Source: a virus
Taxonomy: Duplodnaviria; Heunggongvirae; Uroviricota; Caudoviricetes
Reading direction: 5' to 3' (one strand)
DNA length: 64,000 bases
Virus record (IMG/VR): IMGVR_UViG_3300029852_000006
This document shows, in pieces, positions 8,772 through 18,014 of this stretch. The notes beneath the pieces are model-generated. The model was given only the letters and a program-made list of their open reading frames with translations. It searched no databases and was not told where the DNA came from. The first letter of the stretch is position 1. Each line of letters opens with the position of its first letter. Position numbers and translations under genes: made by a program.

Positions 8772-9231
8772 TCCCCCTGTCCCACCCCCTGGCCAGGACT
8801 CACTCACGTCGCAGCAGCGACTGCATCGAGTCATCGTACTCCCAGACACACGATGGGTCGCCCCACAGCGCATCAGAAAGGGCGGGCCAATGCCCCAGTC
8901 TTTAACAAAATAAGCGAGCAACATCGGAGGCCGCCCCAATCAAACTCAGAAGATCAGTCATCACCACCATCCGATTCCGGTGGCTGCCTCTCATCAGCTT
9001 TCACAAATTGATTTTTATTTTCTCCATTCCGCCCCATGGTTCCGGGGCATTCCCAGGCGCTTCAGTTGTTTCTTCTTTTCTTAGCAGCTCGTTGCGCCCC
9101 CTGTTCGTGCGCCTGGTAAACGCACGGTCATGGTTTTACTTTCCTTTCGCTGGGCCTCCGGCCATCCCAATGGTTGGAGCGCCTGGTAATACCCCGGAAC
9201 CCGCCCACAACAATGAATTCAGGTGATTTTT

Positions 9232-9522
9232 ATGAAACTTATCTCCCCCGGCTCACGGGTCAAATTCTTTACCGTAGGACCAGTTATCAGCCCGGATCAC
9301 AACCCCCTGAAAACTAAATTTCAAATCATCTATCTCTCCGGCACCGTCCAAGAAGATATCGGCAACTGCGTCATCGTCTGGACCGATGATTCCCGCACCT
9401 TCCACGTCCCTCATGGATACATCACCGAAATCCAGGACCCCAACGATCCTTTCACTTATAAGTCTCCCAATACCGTACCTTCCCCAACCGTTTCTTTTGA
9501 TGAAATTATTTCCGCCCTCTAA
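9232..9522 (+). CDS. SFD-L-tail family small protein, paralog 1/13
   Basis: RBS AGGTGA; C-terminus ...VSFDEIISAL. Confidence 0.55.
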   Translation: MKLISPGSRVKFFTVGPVISPDHNPLKTKFQIIYLSGTVQEDIGNCVIVWTDDSRTFHVPHGYITEIQDPNDPFTYKSPNTVPSPTVSFDEIISAL

Positions 9523-9540
9523 TTCATACAGGTGATTCTT

Positions 9541-9804
9541 ATGGACCCTTATTACATTCAACCCGGCACTCCCGTCTATTTTGAAATCAGAACGCTACAT
9601 GGCATAGCCCGTCGTACCCTCCACGGCTTTGTCCAATCTGATACTGGCGCTTATGTCACCGTTATTGTCCCCAGTATGAATAACAAAACATTTATCGCCA
9701 CCCATTCCGCCTTTACTTATGACGATACCCCCGAAGCCGTCACCCCCGCTCCTCTCCCCACTCCTTCCATCTCTTTTGATGAACTTATTTTTCAAGGCAG
9801 GTGA
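9541..9804 (+). CDS. SFD-L-tail family small protein, paralog 2/13
   Basis: RBS AGGTGA; C-terminus ...ISFDELIFQGR. Confidence 0.55.
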   Translation: MDPYYIQPGTPVYFEIRTLHGIARRTLHGFVQSDTGAYVTVIVPSMNNKTFIATHSAFTYDDTPEAVTPAPLPTPSISFDELIFQGR

Positions 9805-9810
9805 TTCCCC

Positions 9811-10107
9811 ATGACCCCCTTCCTCCCCGGCTATGAACCTGGCACCTGGGTCGAGATCGTCTCCGCTCCGGAAATGCTCTGCTCCCTCCAGTATGATTAC
9901 GGCACCACTTTCACCCTCACCGATTCTCTCCCCTATGATCCTATCCTCGGCAAGCAGGGCAAGATCGTTGCCATCCTCGGCAAATCCGGCCTTCTCCGCC
10001 TCTATTTTCCTCACAGCGATTCCTACCACATCATCCCGCCCAGCATGATCTCCCGCACTATCCCCGCTCCGTATCCCAGCTTTGATTCTCTTATCGCAAA
10101 CCTCTAA
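9811..10107 (+). CDS. SFD-L-tail family small protein, paralog 3/13
   Basis: RBS AGGTGA; C-terminus ...PSFDSLIANL. Confidence 0.55.
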   Translation: MTPFLPGYEPGTWVEIVSAPEMLCSLQYDYGTTFTLTDSLPYDPILGKQGKIVAILGKSGLLRLYFPHSDSYHIIPPSMISRTIPAPYPSFDSLIANL

Positions 10108-10133
10108 CCCCCATCACAGAAAGGAAGCCTACC

Positions 10134-10490
10134 ATGAATCCCACCTATAAAGTTGGTGATGTTGTCCAAATCATCTCCGAAGAAGAAGTTCGTTCCCATC
10201 CTACGGATGATTGCGGCAATTTTATTCTTATTCCTTCTATTTACGGCGCAAACGATTCTTTTCACAGAGATAAACTTCCTGTTTGCGGCTGTCCGGCTGT
10301 TATTACCCGCATTTCCAAAGGCAATGAAAGGAACCTATACGATCTCACCCCTCTCTTCGCTGAAGATAGAACCGTTTTTAACTGGAATGACTGGTTTTTC
10401 TCCGCCGCTGAATTTCACCCTCGTGTCGTTTCTCCGCCCCCGGTTCCTTCCATGTCCTTCGATGATCTTCTGAAAGGAGCTGCGCAATGA
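10134..10490 (+). CDS. SFDDLLKG-family small protein, paralog 4/13
   Basis: C-terminus ...MSFDDLLKGAAQ; stop overlaps next start (ATGA). Confidence 0.6.
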   Translation: MNPTYKVGDVVQIISEEEVRSHPTDDCGNFILIPSIYGANDSFHRDKLPVCGCPAVITRISKGNERNLYDLTPLFAEDRTVFNWNDWFFSAAEFHPRVVSPPPVPSMSFDDLLKGAAQ

Positions 10491-10855
10491 ATTTCCCCAC
10501 CTACCCCGTTGGCACCCTCGTTCAAATCATTTCTGACGCAGAGTTTGACGCTCTTCCCAAAAATGATGCTGGCTGTGCGCTGTTTCTCGATCCCCTTCCT
10601 AATGGTAACGCAGATTATATACCCCCTAAACGCCGTTCTCTTTGTGGCAGCATCATGCAAATTGATCGTAAACTTGACGCTTCTGGTTTTTACTTCTTAA
10701 AACCCTACGATCTCTCCACCGCTGTCGATCCCTCCGCAGCTGCCAAATTCTCTTGGAACTCCGCTCTTTTCTCCCCCAATGAATTCCACCCCTATGGTAC
10801 CCCGGTTCCCGTTTCCCCTGTTTCCTTTGACGATTTCCTGAAAGGAGGCATTTGA
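10487..10855 (+). CDS. SFDDLLKG-family small protein, paralog 5/13
   Basis: C-terminus ...VSFDDFLKGGI. Confidence 0.6.
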   Translation: MNFPTYPVGTLVQIISDAEFDALPKNDAGCALFLDPLPNGNADYIPPKRRSLCGSIMQIDRKLDASGFYFLKPYDLSTAVDPSAAAKFSWNSALFSPNEFHPYGTPVPVSPVSFDDFLKGGI

Positions 10856-11239
10856 ATGCCAGCCCCCTACCCCACCTACCACGTCGGTGATCGCGTCATC
10901 GTCCGCCAGTGGGATGATATGATGGAAGAATTCGGCTCCAATCCTTACGGTGATATCACTGTTCATCCCAATAAACTTTCTTTTATTCTTGACATGAAAC
11001 CTTACTGTGGCAAAGAGTTTATTGTTGTCAAAATCGTTCATGATAAAGATCTTCCTGATGAACCCATTTATTTTCTCAATTATTCACCGGATGTTTATGT
11101 AGACCTTAATGATGGTGATTCTCCTCGCGGTTGGTTTTTCACCTCTGCCATGCTTCTCCCCGCAACTCTCCCCAATGAACCCCAAAACCGTATTCCCACC
11201 CCTTCTCTCACCTTCGATGATTTACTTCAAGGAGTCTAA
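10856..11239 (+). CDS. SFDDLLKG-family small protein, paralog 6/13
   Basis: N-terminal 'YPTYHVGDRVIVRQWDDMMEEFG' module; C-terminus ...LTFDDLLQGV. Confidence 0.6.
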   Translation: MPAPYPTYHVGDRVIVRQWDDMMEEFGSNPYGDITVHPNKLSFILDMKPYCGKEFIVVKIVHDKDLPDEPIYFLNYSPDVYVDLNDGDSPRGWFFTSAMLLPATLPNEPQNRIPTPSLTFDDLLQGV

Positions 11240-11244
11240 TAACC

Positions 11245-11601
11245 ATGGATACTACCTTTAACCCCAATGACTATCCTACCTACCAAATTGGCGATCGAGT
11301 TACCATTCGCCAATGGGACGATATGAAGTCAGAATTTGGTTTGAACAGATTTGGTGACATTAAAGTCCCAAAAGCTTGTTTCACAGAGCCTATGAGAAAA
11401 TATTGCGGGAAGACACTCACCATTGTCCGTAAAAACCACCATCTATCTCCGAATTCTGATTGTTACTATTTCGACGGTAGCACAATGGTTTTTACTTCCC
11501 TCATGTTTGAACAATCTTATCCCACAGTTGTCTCCTCCACTCTCTCCTTTGATGATTTGTTGAAAGGAATTACCTCTCAACTGGCAAATCCCCAAGCATA
11601 A
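11245..11601 (+). CDS. SFDDLLKG-family small protein, paralog 7/13
   Basis: N-terminal 'YPTYQIGDRVTIRQWDDMKSEFG'; C-terminus ...LSFDDLLKGITSQLANPQA. Confidence 0.6.
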   Translation: MDTTFNPNDYPTYQIGDRVTIRQWDDMKSEFGLNRFGDIKVPKACFTEPMRKYCGKTLTIVRKNHHLSPNSDCYYFDGSTMVFTSLMFEQSYPTVVSSTLSFDDLLKGITSQLANPQA

Positions 11602-11730
11602 ATACCACGGCGCTTCCATGGCCGATTTTGCCAGCCACACCCCGCCGTGTCCCAACGATCAACCTCAAAAATAAAACAGCTTAACAAGGTAAAGAATCAT
11701 TTGCTGATTATATTTTCAGTTCATGCTTCA

Positions 11731-11762
11731 CTCTTCGGTTATATCCAAGAGTTCGAATTTGT
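11731..11762 (+). repeat. conserved hairpin motif copy 3 (stem ctctt/aagag)
   Basis: First 35 nt nearly identical to copy 1, then diverges into a C-rich tract. Confidence 0.6.
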
Positions 11763-11980
11763 TACCGCCTCCCCCTCCTGGATCGCAGGCGCCTGCTGCA
11801 GACTGAGCGCCTCATCGCGCGCTCGCGATGACACCAAAAGACCCACCACAGAGCCAAAATAAGCGATAACACGTCATGCGCAAGACAAACTTTTGATCCA
11901 CCCCAAAAAGACCGTTTCCCACCAGCTTGTTCCCTGTTTTATTTTGAATCTATTTTTACCATCAGAAAGGATCAACCATT

Positions 11981-12136
11981 ATGACCAAACTTACCTACAC
12001 CCTCGCTATCATCAACGGTACTGTCTGCTATGAATGTCAGCCCTCCACCCCGCACGCCTTCTATTCGGGCGGCGGCTGGTTCGCCCCGTTCTGTACCGTC
12101 CTCGAACTCACCCGCAAAAACACCGTCAAAGCATAA
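11981..12136 (+). CDS. hypothetical small Cys-containing protein (51 aa)
   Basis: RBS GAAAGGA; not in ORF table (<60 aa). Confidence 0.3.
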   Translation: MTKLTYTLAIINGTVCYECQPSTPHAFYSGGGWFAPFCTVLELTRKNTVKA

Positions 12137-12185
12137 CAAATATCCAATATCTATTTATCCCATATCACAGAAAGGAACTTTCAAA

Positions 12186-13622
12186 ATGACTCAAAATCTT
12201 ACCCTTGTTACCCAAAAGCCTTTTGGCTCCCTCACCTGCAACGTCTACCAGGACGAAAACAATAAAAACGAATTCTACATGACAAGGCGTCAAATTGGTG
12301 AAGCACTAGGCTATGTAAAAGCTGATGATGCTATTTGGCAAATTCATGAGCGAAATAAAGATCGCCTTGACTCTTTTTCAGAAACCTCCGTTCTGGGGGT
12401 CGCTGAAGGAAATCGCACGGTACGCCGTGAAATTTGTGTATATACTTTGAGGGGGGTTATGGAAATCTGCCGTTTCTCCCGCCAGCCCAATGCGGATAAA
12501 TTCATGGACTTCGTATGGGACGTTATGGAATCCCTTTACTATGGCCGCAGCGTCCTCGCCACCCCAGACCAAACCTCCGCCGTCGCCATGCAAACCATCC
12601 AGGCTCTTGTTGATTCCACCCTCAAAACCCAGGCCGAAACCACCCGCTGCATGGTCACAATGACCACCACCCTCGCTGCCCTCGCCAACCATTTCACCGG
12701 TGCCGTTCCCGCTCAGCAGCCTGCCCCGCAACCCGTCACCGTCACCCCCAAGGATTATGCCGTCCACGATGACCCCGCCCCCAGTTCCAAAAACGAATCC
12801 ACCCCGGTACCCGCCCCGCAAAAGTCAAGTGTCCCTGTTACTGTAACTCCAAAATCTGCATCCGCCCCCGTTACCTGGCGTGATGAAGTCTACCAAACCA
12901 TGGATAAAATCATCCGCAATGCCCCGGAGCTTTACCCCTCCCGCCGCGATATCCTCAACCAGATCTACGCCAAAATGAAACGGGATTACGGCTTTGTCCA
13001 GGAGCAGGAGCGCATCAACTACCGCAAAGCCCATGCCTGCACCTCCTACCTCTCCACCATCCAAATCATCGGGGCCTCCACCACCTACCGCGAAATCTTT
13101 GATTCCATTTTGAACGATATCTATAACGATGCCATCATCAAGCACGTCCGCAAAAACGATTCCAACCCCAATTCTCAGCTCCCCCTCGGCGTCCAGCGGG
13201 AACTTGGCCTGATTAAAGATGAACCCTGTATTATCAAGTCCCCCACCACCGACCTTGATTCTCAGCCCGTCCCTGCTCCCCTCCCGGACGAACCCAAAAA
13301 CTATAAGCCCATCCCTTCTCAGTCCCTTCTCGATGAACGCGCTGCCGCCATCAATGCCGCCATCGCCAAAGCCGCTGCCATCTACCATGATACCTCCTGC
13401 AACTTCTCCGTCACCTACCGCAACGTCTATAAAAATATGAATACCGATTGGGACGAAGTTCACACCCAGTTCCGTGCCCGCTATCATCGCGGTGCCCAGC
13501 AGCTCAAAACCCTTGTCATGTACAGCGACGTCCTGTTTGATCGCTTCAATGCCGCCGTCAACACTTATATTAACGCCGCATCCAAGCCGGAAGTCGAATC
13601 CGCATCCAAGAAGGAGGCTTAA
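12186..13622 (+). CDS. phage antirepressor-like protein (Bro-N/ORF6N-type N-terminal domain)
   Basis: N-terminal block 'FGSLTCNVYQDENNKNEFYMTRRQIGEALGY...IHERNKDRL' typical of ORF6N/Bro-N antirepressor domains; RBS GAAAGGAAC before ATG 12186. The six-frame ORF start at 12030 overlaps the previous gene. Confidence 0.6.
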   Translation: MTQNLTLVTQKPFGSLTCNVYQDENNKNEFYMTRRQIGEALGYVKADDAIWQIHERNKDRLDSFSETSVLGVAEGNRTVRREICVYTLRGVMEICRFSRQPNADKFMDFVWDVMESLYYGRSVLATPDQTSAVAMQTIQALVDSTLKTQAETTRCMVTMTTTLAALANHFTGAVPAQQPAPQPVTVTPKDYAVHDDPAPSSKNESTPVPAPQKSSVPVTVTPKSASAPVTWRDEVYQTMDKIIRNAPELYPSRRDILNQIYAKMKRDYGFVQEQERINYRKAHACTSYLSTIQIIGASTTYREIFDSILNDIYNDAIIKHVRKNDSNPNSQLPLGVQRELGLIKDEPCIIKSPTTDLDSQPVPAPLPDEPKNYKPIPSQSLLDERAAAINAAIAKAAAIYHDTSCNFSVTYRNVYKNMNTDWDEVHTQFRARYHRGAQQLKTLVMYSDVLFDRFNAAVNTYINAASKPEVESASKKEA

Positions 13623-13624
13623 AT

Positions 13625-14230
13625 ATGTCTACCCTCACCATCCCCGTTCAAACCAAACAAACCCTCACCGGCACCTACGCCAAATCCGGCAATGATCTTT
13701 ATTTTATCTCCGAAGAACCCGACCTCTTTCCTCCCAACCCCCGCACGGATTGGGATTGTTACTCCACATTCTATATCGCCCCCAACCGTTATTTCTCCGG
13801 TGATATACCTGTCAGCGCTTTTGTCCCTGATGTCAAAGCCGGCATCGAACCTGAATACGTCAAACTCCCTATCTATGCCTACGTTCACTCCGCCATCGCT
13901 CTCTCCACCACGCCGTTCCATGATGATTTTGATTCCGGCCTTGCCGGTTTCGCCGTCTGCACCCGCCAGGACGTGGCCGACCTCGGCTACTCCACCCCGG
14001 ACTGGCGCTCCCATGCGGAGAACGTGATCAAAAGTGAGCTTGAACTCTATCAGCAGTACCTCAACGGCGAAGCAAAAGCTCTCACCCTCTATCAATATAA
14101 CCCCGATTCCAATGAGTGGGAAGTAAACAATTCCTGCGGCGGCTGCTATAACATCGAATCCGATCAGGATATGGTTGATGTCTTCTTTTCCAACGCCACC
14201 GCCCTCGACCACCCCGATTTTGAATCCTGA
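13625..14230 (+). CDS. hypothetical protein (201 aa)
   Basis: ORF with coupled start (TAAATATG). Confidence 0.5.
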   Translation: MSTLTIPVQTKQTLTGTYAKSGNDLYFISEEPDLFPPNPRTDWDCYSTFYIAPNRYFSGDIPVSAFVPDVKAGIEPEYVKLPIYAYVHSAIALSTTPFHDDFDSGLAGFAVCTRQDVADLGYSTPDWRSHAENVIKSELELYQQYLNGEAKALTLYQYNPDSNEWEVNNSCGGCYNIESDQDMVDVFFSNATALDHPDFES

Positions 14231-14265
14231 CCCCCCTACATACAAAAAAAAAGGAAGTTGATCTT

Positions 14266-14958
14266 ATGCTTTACACCGTCAACGGTCATGAATATTCTTC
14301 CGATTCCACCCCCAACCAAAAAATTCTCGACCAGCTCATCAACCGTGAAGTCTTCTGCAATATGAACCAGGAAATGGATTTTATCCTCTCTGCCCTCGCT
14401 TATGACGCTAGTATCCCGGAAGATTCTCCTTTCGATGAATCCGATTACGAATCCGCTATCTGTGATGCTTCCTCCCAAACCTGCTCCGAGTGCGGTAATT
14501 CCAGCTATTTTGATGAAGTTGACGTCACGGACCTCGATGATTCCAAATTCCAAAACCCGGATTATGATTCTGACGTCCCGGACACCGTGGACCCCTATAT
14601 CTGCCCCGTCTGCGGCCTCACCTATCCTACTCTCGCCCAAGCCCGTGCCTGCTGCGAGTCCGAAACTGTTCATGTCTGCCAGTGTTGCGGTGCTGTCTAC
14701 AGTGACGATGAATACGATGACCTCGATACCACCCCGCCCGAAATCTTTGAATGGTGGGCGGTCTCCAACTGGTTCGGTGAAAAGCTCAAAGCCCGCGGTG
14801 AAGTCGTTCTTGATTGCTGGGGCAAGTCCTACTGGGGTCGCCAGACCACCGGTCAGCCCATCTCTCTTGATTTCGTTATCGCTTCCATCGCCAAGGAAAT
14901 GCAAATCCTGGATGGCCAGCCCCATTCCTGGGCACCCAAACCCCAGTCCAATCAATGA
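14266..14958 (+). CDS. hypothetical Cys-rich (zinc-ribbon-like) protein
   Basis: Multiple CxxC pairs (CSECG, CPVCG, CQCCG); RBS AAAGGAAG. Confidence 0.5.
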   Translation: MLYTVNGHEYSSDSTPNQKILDQLINREVFCNMNQEMDFILSALAYDASIPEDSPFDESDYESAICDASSQTCSECGNSSYFDEVDVTDLDDSKFQNPDYDSDVPDTVDPYICPVCGLTYPTLAQARACCESETVHVCQCCGAVYSDDEYDDLDTTPPEIFEWWAVSNWFGEKLKARGEVVLDCWGKSYWGRQTTGQPISLDFVIASIAKEMQILDGQPHSWAPKPQSNQ

Positions 14959-14969
14959 GGTGATTTTTT

Positions 14970-15362
14970 ATGACCTTCCAAGACCTCTACCTCGGCCAGC
15001 GCGTCCGCATCCTCTCCTGGGATGAACTCAATCACACCGGCTATCATGATAGTGCCTATGGTATTTACTTGCCGGACAACTCATTCTTTAATAACGGAAT
15101 GAAATACCTCTGCGGTGCCACTCTCACCATCGTAAAAGAACCTTCCTATTCTGACAGCGATGAAGATTATCTTTCTCCCGATATCTTCCAGTTCGATGAT
15201 CCTCTTCTCTCTTTCTCTCGTTCTTATGGCGCCGCCTTCCCTACAATCCGCCACTGGTCCCTATCACCCGCCATGCTCGCCCCTCTTAACGAATCCTCTC
15301 CCGTCATTCCTCCCGCCATCTCTTTTGACCAACTCCTTGCCGGAGGTGAACTCCCTCAATGA
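14970..15362 (+). CDS. SFDDLLKG-family small protein, paralog 8/13
   Basis: C-terminus ...ISFDQLLAGGELPQ; RBS GAGGTGA. Confidence 0.6.
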   Translation: MTFQDLYLGQRVRILSWDELNHTGYHDSAYGIYLPDNSFFNNGMKYLCGATLTIVKEPSYSDSDEDYLSPDIFQFDDPLLSFSRSYGAAFPTIRHWSLSPAMLAPLNESSPVIPPAISFDQLLAGGELPQ

Positions 15363-15694
15363 AACCTCTTAACCCTGCCGATTATCCTACCTACAACGTC
15401 GGAGATAAAGTTACCATCCGTCAGTGGGATGATATGGAATCCGAATTTGGTTTGGACGAATATGGTGGAATCAAAGTCCCAAAAACTTTCACAAAGTTTA
15501 TGAAAAAATATTGCGGACAAACACTTTCCATTGTTCATGTAAACCGCTATCCATCTCCAAAATTTGATTCTTATTTTTTCGACGGTACTTCCGTGGTTTT
15601 TTCTTCCCCTATGTTTGAACAATCCAAACTCCAATCCGTTCCGCCCTCTTCTCTCTCTTTTGATTCTCTTCTCCAAGGTGGTGACTTCTTTTGA
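15359..15694 (+). CDS. SFDDLLKG-family small protein, paralog 9/13
   Basis: 'YPTYNVGDKVTIRQWDDMESEFG'; C-terminus ...LSFDSLLQGGDFF. Confidence 0.6.
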   Translation: MKPLNPADYPTYNVGDKVTIRQWDDMESEFGLDEYGGIKVPKTFTKFMKKYCGQTLSIVHVNRYPSPKFDSYFFDGTSVVFSSPMFEQSKLQSVPPSSLSFDSLLQGGDFF

Positions 15695-16098
15695 TCCCCG
15701 AAACAACCGATCTTTTTTACCCCACCATCCTTCCTAACCAAGAAATTCTCTTTCCCTCCTTCGCTCAATGTAAAGCTCTCTATGATGATTTTCGCCAAAG
15801 CTCTGATCTACGTAAACAATCCGTCGCTCCCTATATGAACTTATCAGCTCGGTTTCATTTCGGTTTCTGTCCTGTTTCTGACGTTACTGCCGTTTCCCGC
15901 GGTGATTTTGATTCCCCTCAAATCGTTACCGCCACAGGTATCTGCAATCAAAATTTCTTTCAGTTCACCACCCAGGATGGCAAAATGTATTACGCTTCAA
16001 AAATTTATGCCGCCTACCAATCTCTTATGGAATCCTCCCCCGTGCCTACTCCTCCCCCTTCCGTTTCCTTTGATGATTTACTTCAAGGTGGTGCTTAA
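15691..16098 (+). CDS. SFDDLLKG-family small protein, paralog 10/13 (TTG start)
   Basis: C-terminus ...VSFDDLLQGGA. Confidence 0.5.
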   Translation: MIPETTDLFYPTILPNQEILFPSFAQCKALYDDFRQSSDLRKQSVAPYMNLSARFHFGFCPVSDVTAVSRGDFDSPQIVTATGICNQNFFQFTTQDGKMYYASKIYAAYQSLMESSPVPTPPPSVSFDDLLQGGA

Positions 16099-16101
16099 CC
16101 T

Positions 16102-16419
16102 ATGCCGTCTTACCCTCACAGATTTCAGCCTGGCGATACGGTCACAATCCGCGCCTGGGATGATATGCTCTCTCAATATGGCAGCTTCAGCGGTGAATTA
16201 GGAATTAAAACCCCTTATATAATCTTTAGCGATAGTATGAAACAGTATTGCGGTCGCTCTTTCAAAGTCAAACATGTCTGGCCATCCATTAACGATAAAT
16301 ATTGGATTTATAAATTGGACTGCTGCTATTTCCCTTTTACTGAAGACATGTTCGTTTTTGCCCCACCTGTTCCTGCTTCTACCATTTCTTTCGACGATCT
16401 TATGAAAGGAGCCACATAA
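16102..16419 (+). CDS. SFDDLLKG-family small protein, paralog 11/13
   Basis: 'GDTVTIRAWDDMLSQYG'; C-terminus ...ISFDDLMKGAT. Confidence 0.6.
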   Translation: MPSYPHRFQPGDTVTIRAWDDMLSQYGSFSGELGIKTPYIIFSDSMKQYCGRSFKVKHVWPSINDKYWIYKLDCCYFPFTEDMFVFAPPVPASTISFDDLMKGAT

Positions 16420-16715
16420 TGAGTTCGTATTTTCCTCAAGTCGGTGATTTTGTTATGATCCGCCCCTGGGATGATATGGTAAAAGAGTTTGGCACTGATT
16501 CCTATGGGGATATCCCAACGCTTCCTGCCGCCATCTTTCAAAGTATGAAACAATATTGCGGTCATTTCTACACTGTTGAACGTGTAACCACTACCGCTGT
16601 TGGCTCCTGGTGCTCTTTTGCGGATGTAAACTATGATTTTCCTGTCTGTTCTCTTGTGTTGCCCGTCTTTGAATCCTCTCTCACCTTTGATGATCTTATG
16701 AAAGGAGCTTCCTAA
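16419..16715 (+). CDS. SFDDLLKG-family small protein, paralog 12/13
   Basis: 'GDFVMIRPWDDMVKEFG'; C-terminus ...LTFDDLMKGAS. Confidence 0.6.
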   Translation: MSSYFPQVGDFVMIRPWDDMVKEFGTDSYGDIPTLPAAIFQSMKQYCGHFYTVERVTTTAVGSWCSFADVNYDFPVCSLVLPVFESSLTFDDLMKGAS

Positions 16716-17050
16716 TGAATTTTAACCCTCGGCCCGGTGATACCGTCACCATCCGTACATGGGATGACATGGCAGAAGAATACGGTTTGAATGAAAGTGG
16801 TGGAATTAAAACTCCGTATATCACCATTTTGCAAGGTATGAAACAATTCTGCGGCTACTCTTACATTGTGAAAGATGTTTACAATACATCTGATAGACGA
16901 ATGTATTCTTTTTACGGTTTCCATTATATCTTCCCTATCTGTGCTCTTGCCAGTTATTCTCCCTCCCTGCAGTCCATTCCCATCCCGCAGTCCATTCCCA
17001 TTTCCTCCATCTCTTTTGATTCCCTCATCCAGCCTCTCACCACCCCCTGA
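16715..17050 (+). CDS. SFDDLLKG-family small protein, paralog 13/13
   Basis: 'GDTVTIRTWDDMAEEYG'; C-terminus ...ISFDSLIQPLTTP. Confidence 0.6.
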   Translation: MNFNPRPGDTVTIRTWDDMAEEYGLNESGGIKTPYITILQGMKQFCGYSYIVKDVYNTSDRRMYSFYGFHYIFPICALASYSPSLQSIPIPQSIPISSISFDSLIQPLTTP

Positions 17051-17063
17051 AAGGACCGCCCCA

Positions 17064-17504
17064 ATGAAACAATTTTTCCAAACTGACCCGGACACCCGCC
17101 AGTTCTGCCGTGCGCTCTCTCCCACTACATACCAGTTCACTGATATCGTTCCTTTTCACTCCAAATCGGCTTCTCCTAACCGCAATTATTATGCCGTTGC
17201 CGCCGAAACGATCGACCTCTCTGCCTATACCATTCGCCAGCTGGAACAAGCCGTTGAACCTTATTACTGTTCTCTGCGCGGTCTTGTTGCCGCCTATGGT
17301 TCTGATACCACCTTGCCGGAAATTCTGCAAATCATCGCGGAATGTGTCTTTGAAAACATCGAAACCCCAAAACTTGTTTCCCCCGCTGCTGATTATCCCC
17401 GTGTTGTCTCCTACCAACGCCAGTGGATCTCCCGTCAGGAATCTACCCCCGGCCTTCCCAAAACGATGTTCAAATCCCTTACCGATTCCGCCGCCGCATC
17501 TTAA
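17064..17504 (+). CDS. hypothetical protein
   Basis: RBS GAAAGGAC before ATG 17064 (six-frame ORF extends upstream). Confidence 0.45.
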   Translation: MKQFFQTDPDTRQFCRALSPTTYQFTDIVPFHSKSASPNRNYYAVAAETIDLSAYTIRQLEQAVEPYYCSLRGLVAAYGSDTTLPEILQIIAECVFENIETPKLVSPAADYPRVVSYQRQWISRQESTPGLPKTMFKSLTDSAAAS

Positions 17505-17517
17505 AGGAGATGATTCC

Positions 17518-17919
17518 ATGTCCTACTTTACCCGCTACACTCTCGATGTCTTCCGCGATGATACCCCCGCTTTTATCCCGGAACCCACCCGCCGTGCCAT
17601 CCAGCATGAACTCCAAACCCTTTACGCCGATGCTTCCCCTTGCCTCAGACCCTTCGATCCTTCCGCCTATTTTTATGATGACGAGAACGATATCCTCACC
17701 TTCGACCCCGAAAACGAATGTCCGTTCGATGTCGCCAACGATATGATTAAACTCTCCCGCTCCTTCCCTTCCCTCACCTTCCGCATTACCTCCAAAGGCG
17801 AATGTGACGATGACTACTGGCGTCAGTATTTTGTCAATGGCAAAACCTGTACCTGCCCCGGCAAAATCGAAATCACTTACGCCCCCTATAATCCCCGCAA
17901 CCTCGAAGCCCCGTACTGA
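17518..17919 (+). CDS. hypothetical protein
   Basis: RBS AAAGGAGA before ATG 17518. Confidence 0.45.
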   Translation: MSYFTRYTLDVFRDDTPAFIPEPTRRAIQHELQTLYADASPCLRPFDPSAYFYDDENDILTFDPENECPFDVANDMIKLSRSFPSLTFRITSKGECDDDYWRQYFVNGKTCTCPGKIEITYAPYNPRNLEAPY

Positions 17920-18014
17920 TAACCGTACCACTTCCCATTTTTGTAATATTTTCCACCACCTCGTTTTACTTTTAACATTGTTCTATAACAAAAATCAAAA
18001 GGAGTTACATAATT

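Noticed and set aside
7479-17050. Diversity-generating retroelement (RT next to hypervariable small-protein arrays)
   Set aside because: RT motif 4 is QGTPISP (group-II/retron-like), not the DGR-type ...SQ. No template/variable repeat pair with A-specific differences is present. The paralogs vary in the middle while their C-termini are conserved, the opposite of DGR targets.
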